Of a stretch of 64,000 bases of DNA, positions 53,198 to 64,000 are shown one piece after another. This DNA is from Marsupella aquatica (lineage: Eukaryota; Plantae; Marchantiophyta). The stretch spans positions 12,876,549 to 12,940,548 of the forward strand of contig OZ316896.1 of NCBI GenBank assembly GCA_973895155.1, given 5' to 3'. Every line of letters begins with the position of its first letter. Position 1 is the stretch's first letter. A model generated the notes under the pieces. That model was not told the DNA's origin, did no database searches, and was given only the letters and a program-made list of their open reading frames with translations. A program made the position numbers and the translations under genes.

Positions 53198-54904
53198 TGA
53201 GTATGAGAAGTTGTGTTAGGGAGGCAAAGTAGAGTAGGCATGAAGGTTGAGTTTGGCCCCTAGACTATCAATTGGGTGTGAACCTTGGAGATGGTTGCTA
53301 GAGTTGGCCAATCTGGCCCCGAAGTTTAGAGTTGGCCAATCATGTCCGAAAGAGTCATGCAAGGCCAAGACTTGCAGCACAAGCCATTCCTGAGCTAGCA
53401 GCACAGGCTGCACCTGGCCAAGAAGCCCAATTATGACTGGGCATAGCTTTTGCCCCAAATCCCATTTTCAGATTGTGAAATTAATTCCGTCACATACAAA
53501 ATTTGAGTGTCGAGTCCAACAGACCTGATTAATTTCTTTGGTTGCCAGAGCCAACTTAAAAGGGGCCAAAGTTTTTCCAGGGTTGCATATCCCCGTAAGC
53601 ATAGAAAAGGGGAGCACCTTCACCTGGCTATCAAGAGCAAGAGATCATGGTGAGATCCACGGAAATTAAGTCTACCAATGGAGTGGAGTCGGGAGTGGCT
53701 GGAGTGTCCTTGTGACTGTGACATAGGAATTGCGGCACATATGGGGAAGCACAGGGTGGTTGGAACTTGGCTTCTTGTTTTAATAAGTCAGCCTAAGGGA
53801 TAATTTTAGCGAGATGTATGTCTGATTCCTTTTGGCATTATTAAGACACAATCACTACGAGAATCACCAGCTGAGCATCTAAGGGGTGTCACTATATGAA
53901 GGCCCTGCATCACCTGTGAAATTGTAGGGATTAAACACCTAAAAACTAAAAGAAGAAATCGTTGGCGGATTTTGTTACCTCAGCCTCTGAAGTGGTTTTT
54001 GAAGTAAACCCTATCCGTGTTTATAAGTCTCAAAATTGGATTTAAAATACCCTAATGTTCATTCATGCACATAAATATATAATTTTCTTTGAAATGAACT
54101 TGTGACAATGTATAGTTACTATTTCCTTCCTGCCTCCCACTGTCTAGAGTGATATTTTCATTTGTTGTCCAAGTTAAGCTTGTTCTTTCAAAATTAGTTG
54201 GCTCTTTGGGACCTATTTTTCTTCCTTTCCCAAAGTTGCTCACCTTTCATTCCCCTCCCCCCACAGCAGCACACCGACATGTTGAAATCAGCCCAGTGGT
54301 CCAGCAGGTGCCCCCCGCCTACTGTGTTTCCCAAAAGCTTATCATGTGCCGTACTTGGCATGGCTCTTCCCCCACCCCCGTGGCCCCCATTAGAATGACT
54401 CATAAGGCCAGAAAAGAATGATCCAAACATAATCAGATGTTACAAACTTGGTTTTCCTTTTTTCATGTCATATGGCAACCTTGGGAAATTCCTGAGGAGA
54501 TCATTGTGTGGAGGGCCATACATAACGTGTGATGGTTTGGGTTATTTATGACACCTCTATATATTTAAATAAAATACAACATCAATCAAATCATGACCTG
54601 TGACATTGTCAATTAAAAACCATTTTTCTTTCACTAAATTCTAAAAAATAATATACAAAAAGGTTTGAAAGACCTTATATTTTGTTGCACAACTGAAAAT
54701 TGTTATCCCCTGGGAATTTAGAGGCAAGATTGCATATTATAGTATTGTAGATAGATAGATATAGATAGGCAGGTACTTTCCTGCATGAAAATTAATTAGA
54801 TAAGAAATAAAATAAGTGAAATTGCTGAGCTACAATACCTGCATAATATGAATGCAAATTTAATCACAAGCAACAACAAACAAGGTAAGTTGCTTGTTTA
54901 AGCC

Positions 54905-55233
54905 GGGGGGGGGGGGGGGTCACTTCCACGGAAGTGACACATCACGTGCGACGAAGTATAGGCCCATTTAAATGGGTGTGGCGAAAGATTTCTAAAGTTT
55001 GGTGGAAGAACACATAGGGCATGTTTTATTGACTGGTTGACCTTAAAGAACACATAAGCTTATTTAATTGTAAAAAATATGTTCTTTAAATTTTTAAGGG
55101 TTTTTTAGTAAAAAATGATAAAATTTAAAGAAAGAAAGAGTTTTGCAAAAAAATATTTTTCACTTATAAGTTAGGGGGGTCAAACCCTAAAACGTCGCAT
55201 GCGATGTATGGCCCTCCATATAGTGACCCCCCC
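54905..55233. mobile_element. MITE, GGGG..TCACT family (opposite orientation, perfect TIRs)
   Basis: GGGGGGGTCACT ... AGTGACCCCCCC. Confidence 0.8.
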
Positions 55234-57519
55234 GAGATTTAAGCCCACCTTCAGGAGAGAGAAAGTGGAATTGCTCAAGTCCGCCACCTGTGTAACTCGC
55301 TGTGTAATATGAATGCAAATCCATCACAAGCAACTGAGGAAAGTTAATTATGAGGTGTTGCATAAAGAGAATGATGCACCAACACTAGAATTATCACATA
55401 GTACTCCTTTGAAATTGTTGGAGCTCTGAAGAGTTAAATTAAAGTGGAAGAAATGGATAGAAATTTCAATGGTAAATATGCCCTGACCATGGCTGTAACA
55501 TTGACACACAAGTACTCTTTAATGCTGTGGGAGCACCTAGGAGGTGGAATTACATGGCTAATAATATGTCACCTCTGTATATGGTTGAATGTCTATGAGA
55601 AAGTTGGCTGATATCTTCTACTGCATTGCCCATTTCAGTAAAGTTGGCATTTTAAAAAGAAGACCATCCCTTGCCTCATCGGTCCTCCCAAAAAGCTGGT
55701 ACAACATGAGGCAATAGATTAAAACTAAACTAGTGGTTTGTTGAACAAAATCAGGAGTCAGATAAAATCATCGCAATATGCAATTACATTAGGACCATAG
55801 CATGCTCGCTAACGCAGAGTATCGAAGGGAAGAAACATTCTCCAGTTACAAGATCTTCAAGAAAAGTAACTCTTCAAGCCATCATCCACCTCCCAACCCT
55901 CCCGACGCATGCCCTCATTAGACACTACCATCTAAGCTGACCAGTCTCATCCACTTTTCTCAAATTAAGTCAAAACAACTTTTCACCTTCAATCCATGAA
56001 CTGACTCTCCTTCTCTTACATCCCTCACACCATCTGACAGTGCTTAGATGCAAGATCCAGGGGAGTTGGAATTGCTTGAACATTGAAGTTAGTTAGCTAG
56101 GGCCTCCATAAGACATCTAAGGCGCCTACCTCCTGGCCTGCAACCGAGCTTGCAAACACACACACACACACACTCACACGGGAGGGAAACTATATCTTGT
56201 CATGGCAACTTACTAACAAACACACGGGACTGGTAGGCGGAAAATTGGACCCTGGGACCCACAATGGTAGAGGTGGGGTGGCACAGTTAGATGTAAACTG
56301 AGATTTGCTACCTTGTTACCCTTCTTAGGCCAAATTACTAGTTTGCCACTATTTTTATTTAATAGATTAGAATGCCAGTGTTTCCCCAAGACTAACCCAG
56401 GTTACTTTTCTTGTTAGAAATAGCTTGAATTGCCTCCCTCTACCCTTAGAAATGGTCCTGAATGCATCTTGCATTCTCGTGTGGACCTCGTCACTCTCTA
56501 TACGTTCCCGTCCTGTCCATGCATCGTTTTGTATATGAGTCCCTGTGTTCCCACTACGATTTCCTGTCCTCAAGGCATGTTTTAATTTATTTTATGGGCA
56601 AAGCCCACTGACTTCCTCTGGGGATGAAGGTAAAACCTGTTGTTTCACAGGCAGAACCCCCGGCAGAACTTGTCCCGTCGGGATACACCCAATGCCACAA
56701 TTATTCTTCAGTCAACTTGGTACTTGAAGTGTATCAGATTTCCGTGTAACACCCTAAAAGTAAGCAATATGCCTTGTGAGAATGTAAGGAGGCAAGTTGA
56801 GGCCGCACCCAAAATGGTTATGACCTCGAGGTTCCCATGCAGAAGTTTGGGTCAGCGGTATACCACTCAAGCTGTGATTCAAAATGTGCTCGACCTTAGG
56901 TTTAAACCAATAAATTGTTTTTTTTAACTGTATAAAGTTTTTCCTCACAACTGTTTTTGTCTGCCCTCTACACTTTGTGGCGGGCAGCAGTTTTTCTAAT
57001 AATGGGTTCATCAACTTCTCTAACTTCCCATACATATTGCCCACACCCCGGACATATGGGTGCCACTTTTGATTTAGGTTTGACTGATTTCAATTTCATT
57101 CTGGTTGAGAGTCCAAAATTTCAGCTCTCTGTGAAGTGGGATTGCAATTTTGTTTTAGTTGACAGTTCCAAATTTGAACTCCATGTGAAGTGGGAATGCT
57201 TGTTTCAGTTGAGCTGGTGTTAAATTTAGTTCAGTAGCCCGTCGAGTGCCTCACATAATATCACAAGGAGTACTCCCTACCACACTACCGCTGCCAAAAG
57301 TATATCCAAGGAGTACATAGTAAGCGCAACTTGAGTACTGGTGAGTTATTAGTTAAGAGCTCTAAGGGGAGTACTCAGGGTTACTCTTTTTTGGGCACTC
57401 ACTATAATTTTCTCAGTTGCCTGTACATTTTCTGGGCATCCTGTACATTTACTTATAACTCTCATTAATTTGAATATTTTTGTACCAAATGTTGTCAAAC
57501 CATATTGTTGAGCCTATTG

Positions 57520-57885
57520 TGACCACATGGGTTTGGTAGCAAGCCTGGTTATGTCAGTAAGGATGCAATCCAGACCGTTAGTAGATGGTTGAAGAGAACA
57601 ATCTGGGTGGTTGATGAAAACGGATATAACTCGCTGAGAATTTTGGAAAGTGAAATAGATCATCACACTTTTGACGTTGTAGATCTTTATTCTAGTGTTT
57701 ACTGTAGGTTCTTGCGCGGTCTGCCTTTGCACCCTTATGAGTTTGGCATTTGTCCTGTCTACATTCAACCCTTTTGCTTTTACTATTGTGCTTTGTGCGG
57801 GCCTTTTCAGTAAAGCGGGACTTTTTATGTCCACCTACATTGCGGCAACGGAACAACACATTTCACTCCATGCAAAAACCTTCTA
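57520..57885 (-). pseudogene. Possible MULE/FAR1-type transposase N-terminal zinc-finger remnant
   Basis: Minus-strand VLFRCRNVGGHKKSRFTEKARTKHNSKSKRVEC resembles FAR1 F.C...G...R...S.R.GC; stops present. Confidence 0.35.
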
Positions 57886-58099
57886 AATTATGTCCTACTA
57901 CGGTAGAGTATTTTATTGCAAGTCCAGTCACACGCCACCGTATTTTCACTGTACAAATAATGTACTGTAGGTATCACGATTGTTGCAGCGGGCTGAGCGG
58001 GGTGTCTCTTGTCTGACAGTCTGAATCAGTGATCCTGGGAACGGAAAAGGTTTACAGTCCCGATGAGAGACTTAAAACCGTCAGATGAAGATCTCAACG

Positions 58100-58880
58100 C
58101 CTCACATCCGATCGGATTGGTGGGGATTGATTGGTTGTCAGTAGTGACCAATCAGAGTTGTCTCTGAGGTCCTTTTACCGGCATCATTCTGATGGGAGCG
58201 CGGACCGTAAAGGTATTTTTCCCCTTGGGGTTGTGTCAGTCCGCCTGGGGTGTCGTAAAGACTACGAGGAAAAGTGAGCCTCCCTATATGTTGAGTTATC
58301 GAGAGTACCATAAACCGTTTTGAGGCTTGGCTGTAATGATGACACCTATAAAGAAGGCCGCCAGGCAGAGGTTCCAGTGAACCGGGATTTATGAAATCCG
58401 CCTGAAAAGGGCGAAGACGGGGGAAGAATGTGGTCGGGGTATCATTCTCGTTGTTCTGCTGGATCGTTACCGGTGGGATCTCCGGGAGGCTCTCGTCCTA
58501 TACGCCCCGTCGTGTACGGGAGAGTATGGGACGTCGTCCTGTACAATAGTACAAGCTCGACGTGAGGTACAGTACGGGGCGAGATAGGTAGCGCCAGTTG
58601 AATCATGAGGAAGAATTTATCTTCGGTTTCGGACTCCGCAATTTGGTTGTCGTAGTTGACAGGTAGAGTAGTGGTCTAGGAGTGCAGGGTTTTTATCCGG
58701 TTTCCTATCCTGCGCCTCGTCGTTCGCTCGATGTCGGAGGCAGGACTGGTACGAGTGCCTGAGTGCCATGTACTACACACGCAGCTGCACGGCTGAGCTC
58801 CTGTCTCCTCCTCCTCCTCTCGCCCCGCCCCGCCCCGCCCCGCCCCGCCTCTCCTCTCCTCTCCTCTCCTCTCCTCTTCA
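58100..58880 (+). promoter_or_regulatory. Putative promoter / transcription-start region of the carboxypeptidase gene
   Basis: ATTGG/CCAAT boxes at ~58117-58152, CpG-rich sequence, and (CCCGC)n/(CTCTC)n pyrimidine tract at 58800-58878 typical of plant 5' leaders. Confidence 0.4.
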
Positions 58881-59851
58881 ATTCGTTTGGTCCTACTGTC
58901 CTATTCGCGCCGCTCTATTATTACCACATGTCACGCTGCATTCTGCCTCCTGGCGGCCCATTTGTGAGCTGCCCGAGTGCCCCGCCCCGCTCTCCACTCC
59001 GCCCCAGACGAGTTGATCGTCGAGTCTCGTGACTTCTGTGGATCGGATCGGAACAATAACAAACTAGTAGACTGCAGGAGCGGCAGTGCTGCGGCAGAAG
59101 AAGTAGAGAGTGTAGTACTACGAGGAAGAGGCGGCTCTTTTCTCCCTTCTCGGGCAAAGCGTTGCGTAGATCGGGAATTTGTTGCATAGTGCGTACGAAC
59201 GAACGAAATAACTTTTTCCTTTTGCTCCCCCGGTGTAGGGAATTTGGAGCTGGCGTAGGAGTTGCAGATCGCCTTTTCTTTCCCCCCGTCGTCAGAAGTC
59301 CTCTCTGGGCCTTGTCGCGGATCTTCTTTAGAGTTGGTGGTGATGTCTATTTCCTAGTACAATGATGCCTTTCTGGATGGAGTTTGTGGTTCGGGAGTGA
59401 GCACTTCGGAGGGTGGAGGTTTGTGGTTCGGGACTGAGCTGTTGACATGCGAGGTCTCATATATTTGTTAAGATGCTAGTGCGGACAGGTTTGTCCGAGC
59501 CAGGAGAGTACTATCTTTGAGCAGTGGCGAGGTTGGTTGAGTACTATCTCTTGATCAGTGGCGAGGTTGATCTCTGGCATGTGGGTGGAGGAATGCGTAC
59601 TTGGAGGGCGTGAATTCGGCCCTAGTTGCTTAAGGAGCTGCGATTCGGATCTATCTGGTTGCACCGGCTTTGAAGTGAAGTGTAGTCCACAGCCGTTACT
59701 TGTTTGCGGGAGTTCCGCTTGTTCGACTCTACACCGGTCCGTCTTACTGGTCATCATGCGGACCACCGCCAGTCCTTAGGGCTTGATTTACTCTCGGGCT
59801 CAAAGGAACGCTCGAGTTTATCGTTTTTACTCTTCTTCGTAGACCACAGAA

Positions 59852-62800
59852 ATGAAGGTCTCAATGCCGCTGTCCAAGTCGTGGGAGAGGTGCATTTCGG
59901 CGAGCACACAGCCCGAGGCGCTTCTATATAGTGAGAATGGCGGCCCTCGAATTAGGCTGGACATGTCGTCCGCTCCGTTCCGACTGCCGCTGAGTCCAAT
60001 GTCCACTAGAAGTCGATGTCGCTGTGGCAGTTTCTTTGGTGTGCTCTTCGGGACCCTCCTGTTCGTGGTCTTATTTCTGATTTTTAAGAACCTCGTCCAG
60101 TCGTGGCCGGATGGCGGAGCTGGCTACAGACACTATGAGGAGATGTTCAAGGAGGGAGTCTGCAACAAGAGTATCAGTCTTCATTTGAAGGAATTAACGA
60201 GAAACCCCCACGTCGCCGGTACAGCTGAAAATTTGTACACAGCAGACTATGTTTACTCTAGCTTTGTGAGCTACGGGATCAATACGCACTACAAAGATTA
60301 CGAGGTGTTGCTCTCCTATCCAGAGCACCGCTCTCTAATTTTGAGCGGTACAGATGGTTTTGACGGACCATTTGCACTGGAGGAAGATGACATCGACGAA
60401 GATCCATACACGAAGAATAACAAAATTATTTCGACATTTCACGGTTATGCTCCCTCTGGGAACGTAAGCGGGGAAGTAGTTTACGCCAACTTCGGCCGCG
60501 AGGCGGATTTCGATCAGCTTGTCACATGGGAAGTGAACGTCAAGGGTAGTATTGTCATCGCTAGGTATGGTGAGATCTATCGAGGCGATATTGTCGCCAA
60601 TGCCGCGAGCAGAGGCGCTATCGGCGTTGTGATTTTCTCTGATCCGCGTGACTGGGCAGCCAATGGTACTGAAGGGTACTACCCAGAGTCCGAGTGGCTT
60701 CCTCCGAGTGGTGTGCAACGAGGGTCGGTCTTTCAGGGAATAGGTGATCCCCTCACACCCGGTTGGGCAAGTACCTACGGAGCAGAAAAGATTGACTTAA
60801 AGGATGCGAATTTGCCAACGATCCCTTCCTTGCCAATATCGGGGCGCGACGCTGAGAGGATTCTCAGAGGTTTAGGAGGTGACGAGGCTCCGCTGGATTG
60901 GCGTGGTGGCTTGCATCAGGATTGCTACACTATTGGAAGAGGACCTGCGCGATTGAACCTCACTTATCAGGTGGGCGTCTGTATTGCTGAAATTTAGTCT
61001 TGCCAGCTCCTCGCTTGACTACCACCTTCTGGTTTAGAAGATCTATCGAATTTCCGCCTTAATTTATTTTGGTCTCTGAACTCCCAGGCCAAACAAGGTC
61101 CTTATCGTATTCGCAACGTTATGGGAGTCATCGAAGGCTCGGAGGAGCCAGACAGATACGTTGTTTTGGGCAATCACCGTGATGCTTGGGTGTTCGGAGC
61201 TGTTGATCCTAATAGTGGAACTGCGTCTCTGTTGGAGGTAGGCATTCTCTTCGATCAGCTCGTCTCCTTTTTTTCTGTCAGGATTTTCTTTCTCACGCAT
61301 CCCGTCGTCCAAGTTTCAGTCCAAGTTGGAACTTGGAAGGACGGAAGGATGTGCCTTTTATGATGCAATTTCTGTAACTTATTGTTCATGTCCATGGTTT
61401 GTTGGGACAGGTCGCACGTGGCCTTGGTGCTCTCCTTCATCGCGGATGGAAGCCACGACGGTCAATCATTCTGGCGAGTTGGGACGCCGAGGAATATGGA
61501 ATGGTACGATCCGTCGTCTGGTACAAGCCCCTGCACGGGTAGTTGTTTAGTCGAGATGCATGTTGTCAATGCGAGATTGCTGTCTGATACTACCGTAGTG
61601 TATTTCGAGTAAAGGCCTAAATTTGTAGCTGAAGCTTCCAGATTCTTTGTGAAGAACAAGGATTACGGGTCCTGTGTATTAATATGGTACGCGCTGGCCT
61701 GCACGATGGTTATTTTGCAGCTTGGATCGACGGAGTGGGTCGAGGAAAACATGGGAATGCTTGGTGCGCGAGCAGTCGCTTACATCAATGTAGACTGCGC
61801 TGTAGCTGGTCCCGGATTTGGAGCTGCTGCGACTCCTCAGCTCGATGAACTCATCCGACAGGTCACGAAAGAGGTGCAAGCTTGAACCTCGTCCATGTCC
61901 TGTGTGTGCTGAAGTACTTTCCCGCGTGAAAGCGCTTTACACGTCATCCGAACGCTTGATTTCCTTCATCTTTCGCCGAGTGTGAGATCATGAGGTCGAT
62001 GCTTGTGGATGTGGAGTGGTGTATAGTTCTCATCCATTTATCTTTCATTGCAGGTGAATGACCCCGAGGGACAGTACCCCACAGTTTTTGATGCCTGGAA
62101 AGCCGCCTCACATGGTGGAATTCCTCTGGTTTGTTTCTTCGTTCCCTTGCCTAAGATTTCTCGTTTGACCTGCGTGGAGGTCATTGGTCACTACCTGACC
62201 GTGGTGATTCGCCTGTGTGTGAGCTTTTTCTCGTCCGTGGCCTTGATCGTCTGTGCCGTCGTAGCTGTTGCACCCTTACACATCTCTCTTACCTTCGCGA
62301 CGTGAGGTTCTTAGGTCATCAGGGTCAACTAGTTTACACCCTATCCAGCACTAGTACATTTCACCACTTGTTGATTATCGTTGGCAGATGAGGAGTTCCC
62401 TCGTTTTGAGAGCTTGCATGGGATGCTTAACGTGACCTTAGTTTACCTCACAGATTTCAAGACTAGGAGGCGGAGCATCTGATTTCGCCGCGTTCCTTCA
62501 GCATGCGGGAATTCCGGCTGTAGATCTGCAATTTGGTGACGGTAAGTGGCTTTTGTCTCCTGACGCTGACATGAGTGTTAACCACTGAGTCCATTTGCCC
62601 CTGCTTGCGCCTTTTCTAAGTGTGTATTGATTGAGCTTGGTTAGAGTTACTCGGATGTTGCAGCGTGTCCTTGGTGTGATTTGTTTGACTGAGCGGTCCC
62701 TCCCATTCTGTTGTCTTGATTCATGGCAGCCTACCCGGTATACCATTCGGAGTACGACAACTATCACTGGATGGTGAAGTTTGGAGATCCTTTGTTTCAT

Positions 62801-63637
62801 CGTCATGCAGCCAGTAAGATCCATCGTCTCCAAACGTCTTGATTTCACTTTTTCGCAAGTTTGTTTAAGTAAATGTCCTGTTACACAGCCTGTCTCTTGT
62901 AGTCCCCTTCGAAGGAGGATTTCGCGTGCTCTACTTAGTGTCCTAGCTGGTGACGAGAACTAATGATGTCCTCTGTTTGTTTATGTATGCGAGTCGAATT
63001 CTGAAACTATCGTCCGTCTTGGTTTGCAGTGACTACCATATGGGGCCTTATTGCACTACGTCTTGCAGATGAGGCAGTGTTGCCTTTTGACTATTCTACC
63101 TATGCGAAGGAACTGCAGGTAATGCCACATGTTAAGATCTTTAGTACTTCCAAGAATTTATGGCTAATGGAACCATAAGATCAAGTCGACTTGGATGTGT
63201 GGATTCCTTGAACGTTTATTATTATGGTAGACCCTCTGAAAGTATTCACTACGTGACCACGATGCGAAAGCGGATGTCCAGACCCTACCTCTGTTTTCGC
63301 AGGAGATGTCGGGTAGGAATGTCTGCTCACGGAAATGTTCCTTTGTTGATATGTGTAGAACTATGCCCATCAAATCCAGGTCGAGCTGGAGAAAGTTAAG
63401 GCCTTCTCAGACGTTGTGATTACTCCTCTCGTTACTGCGATAAATGATCTATCTAAAGCAGCTTCTCATATCCGGCAAGATTCGAAGGTGTTCCAGAGCT
63501 TCAGACCAGACGCAAGCGACATTTTTTACTTTCTCCTTCGGCGTAGAGCCATCAATGATAGACTGATGCTAGCAGAGCGTGCCTTTTTAGATTCTGATGG
63601 GTTACCAGGCCCAGGAAGGCAGTGGTACAAACATCTG
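59852..63637 (+). CDS. AMP1: Glutamate carboxypeptidase II family (M28B; AMP1/LAMP1-like). Exons 59852-60970, 61088-61237, 61411-61503, 61721-61873, 62054-62128, 62454-62541, 62730-62813, 63030-63118, 63359-63637; last exon(s) beyond window
   Basis: N-terminal TM helix and PA domain ([35 protein letters not shown]). Zn-ligand motifs GNHRDAW, DPNSGTA, WDAEEYG, YINVDC and YPVYHS are all present. TfR-like dimerisation region [19 protein letters not shown]. All introns GT-AG and frame-consistent. AMP1 vs LAMP1 orthology is unresolved. Confidence 0.95.
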
Positions 63638-63869
63638 GTGAGTGGCTCTTTATTTCAGACATCCCTGGTTCTGCATCATGTCAGTCGAACGGGTTTCTAC
63701 TGTGTTAGCTCCTTCGCTTCACTCATACCTTCACCCGACAATCGGTGGGATGCAGTGCAATGCAGTCTGCATGGTGCCTGGATTCCCTGTAGGAGTAGTC
63801 GATAGTGGTTCTGTAATGTCTTGATTCAAGTCTGACATTGAATCCTTGATGGATTGGTATTTTAGTCAA

Positions 63870-63962
63870 AAGCTTTTTTGTTTTTAGGTCCTCTGTTTAG
63901 CAAAAGTTTTTTGTTTCTAGGTCTGTTTAGCAACAGATTTTTTGTTTCTAGGTCTGTTTAGC
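63870..63962. repeat. ~30-bp intronic tandem repeat (TTTTTGTTTCTAGGTCTGTTTAGCAA) x3
   Basis: Read directly. Confidence 0.8.
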
Positions 63963-64000
63963 TGTCTGTCTAGTTTTAACTTAGCTTGTCTTGTCTGCCT

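Noticed and set aside
56158-56178. (CA)n microsatellite and poly-C/G runs (30547, 47174, 49750)
   Set aside because: Ordinary simple repeats.
60335-60718. 127-aa antisense ORF
   Set aside because: Shadow of carboxypeptidase exon 1.

Overview
Eukaryotic land-plant genomic DNA, most likely a bryophyte such as a liverwort (inferred from gene structure and transposon style). About 58 kb is a graveyard of nested, decayed mobile elements: LTR copies and a Gypsy-like accessory ORF, Ty1/Copia RT and RNase H fragments, three L1-type LINE 3' fragments, hAT and MULE remnants, a trihelix/Myb-SANT fragment and several MITE families. One intact host gene lies at the right end: a spliced glutamate carboxypeptidase II (AMP1/LAMP1 family), with 9 exons visible and the 3' end outside the window. 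The most unusual items are an intron-containing Crypton/DUF3504-like tyrosine-recombinase pseudogene (19.7-21.2 kb), a ~137-nt multi-branched, GU-containing stem-loop about 0.75 kb upstream of it, and a near-identical 1.87-kb inverted duplication 24 kb apart whose inner breakpoint coincides with an LTR end. All family calls come from manual motif recognition; no searches were run.
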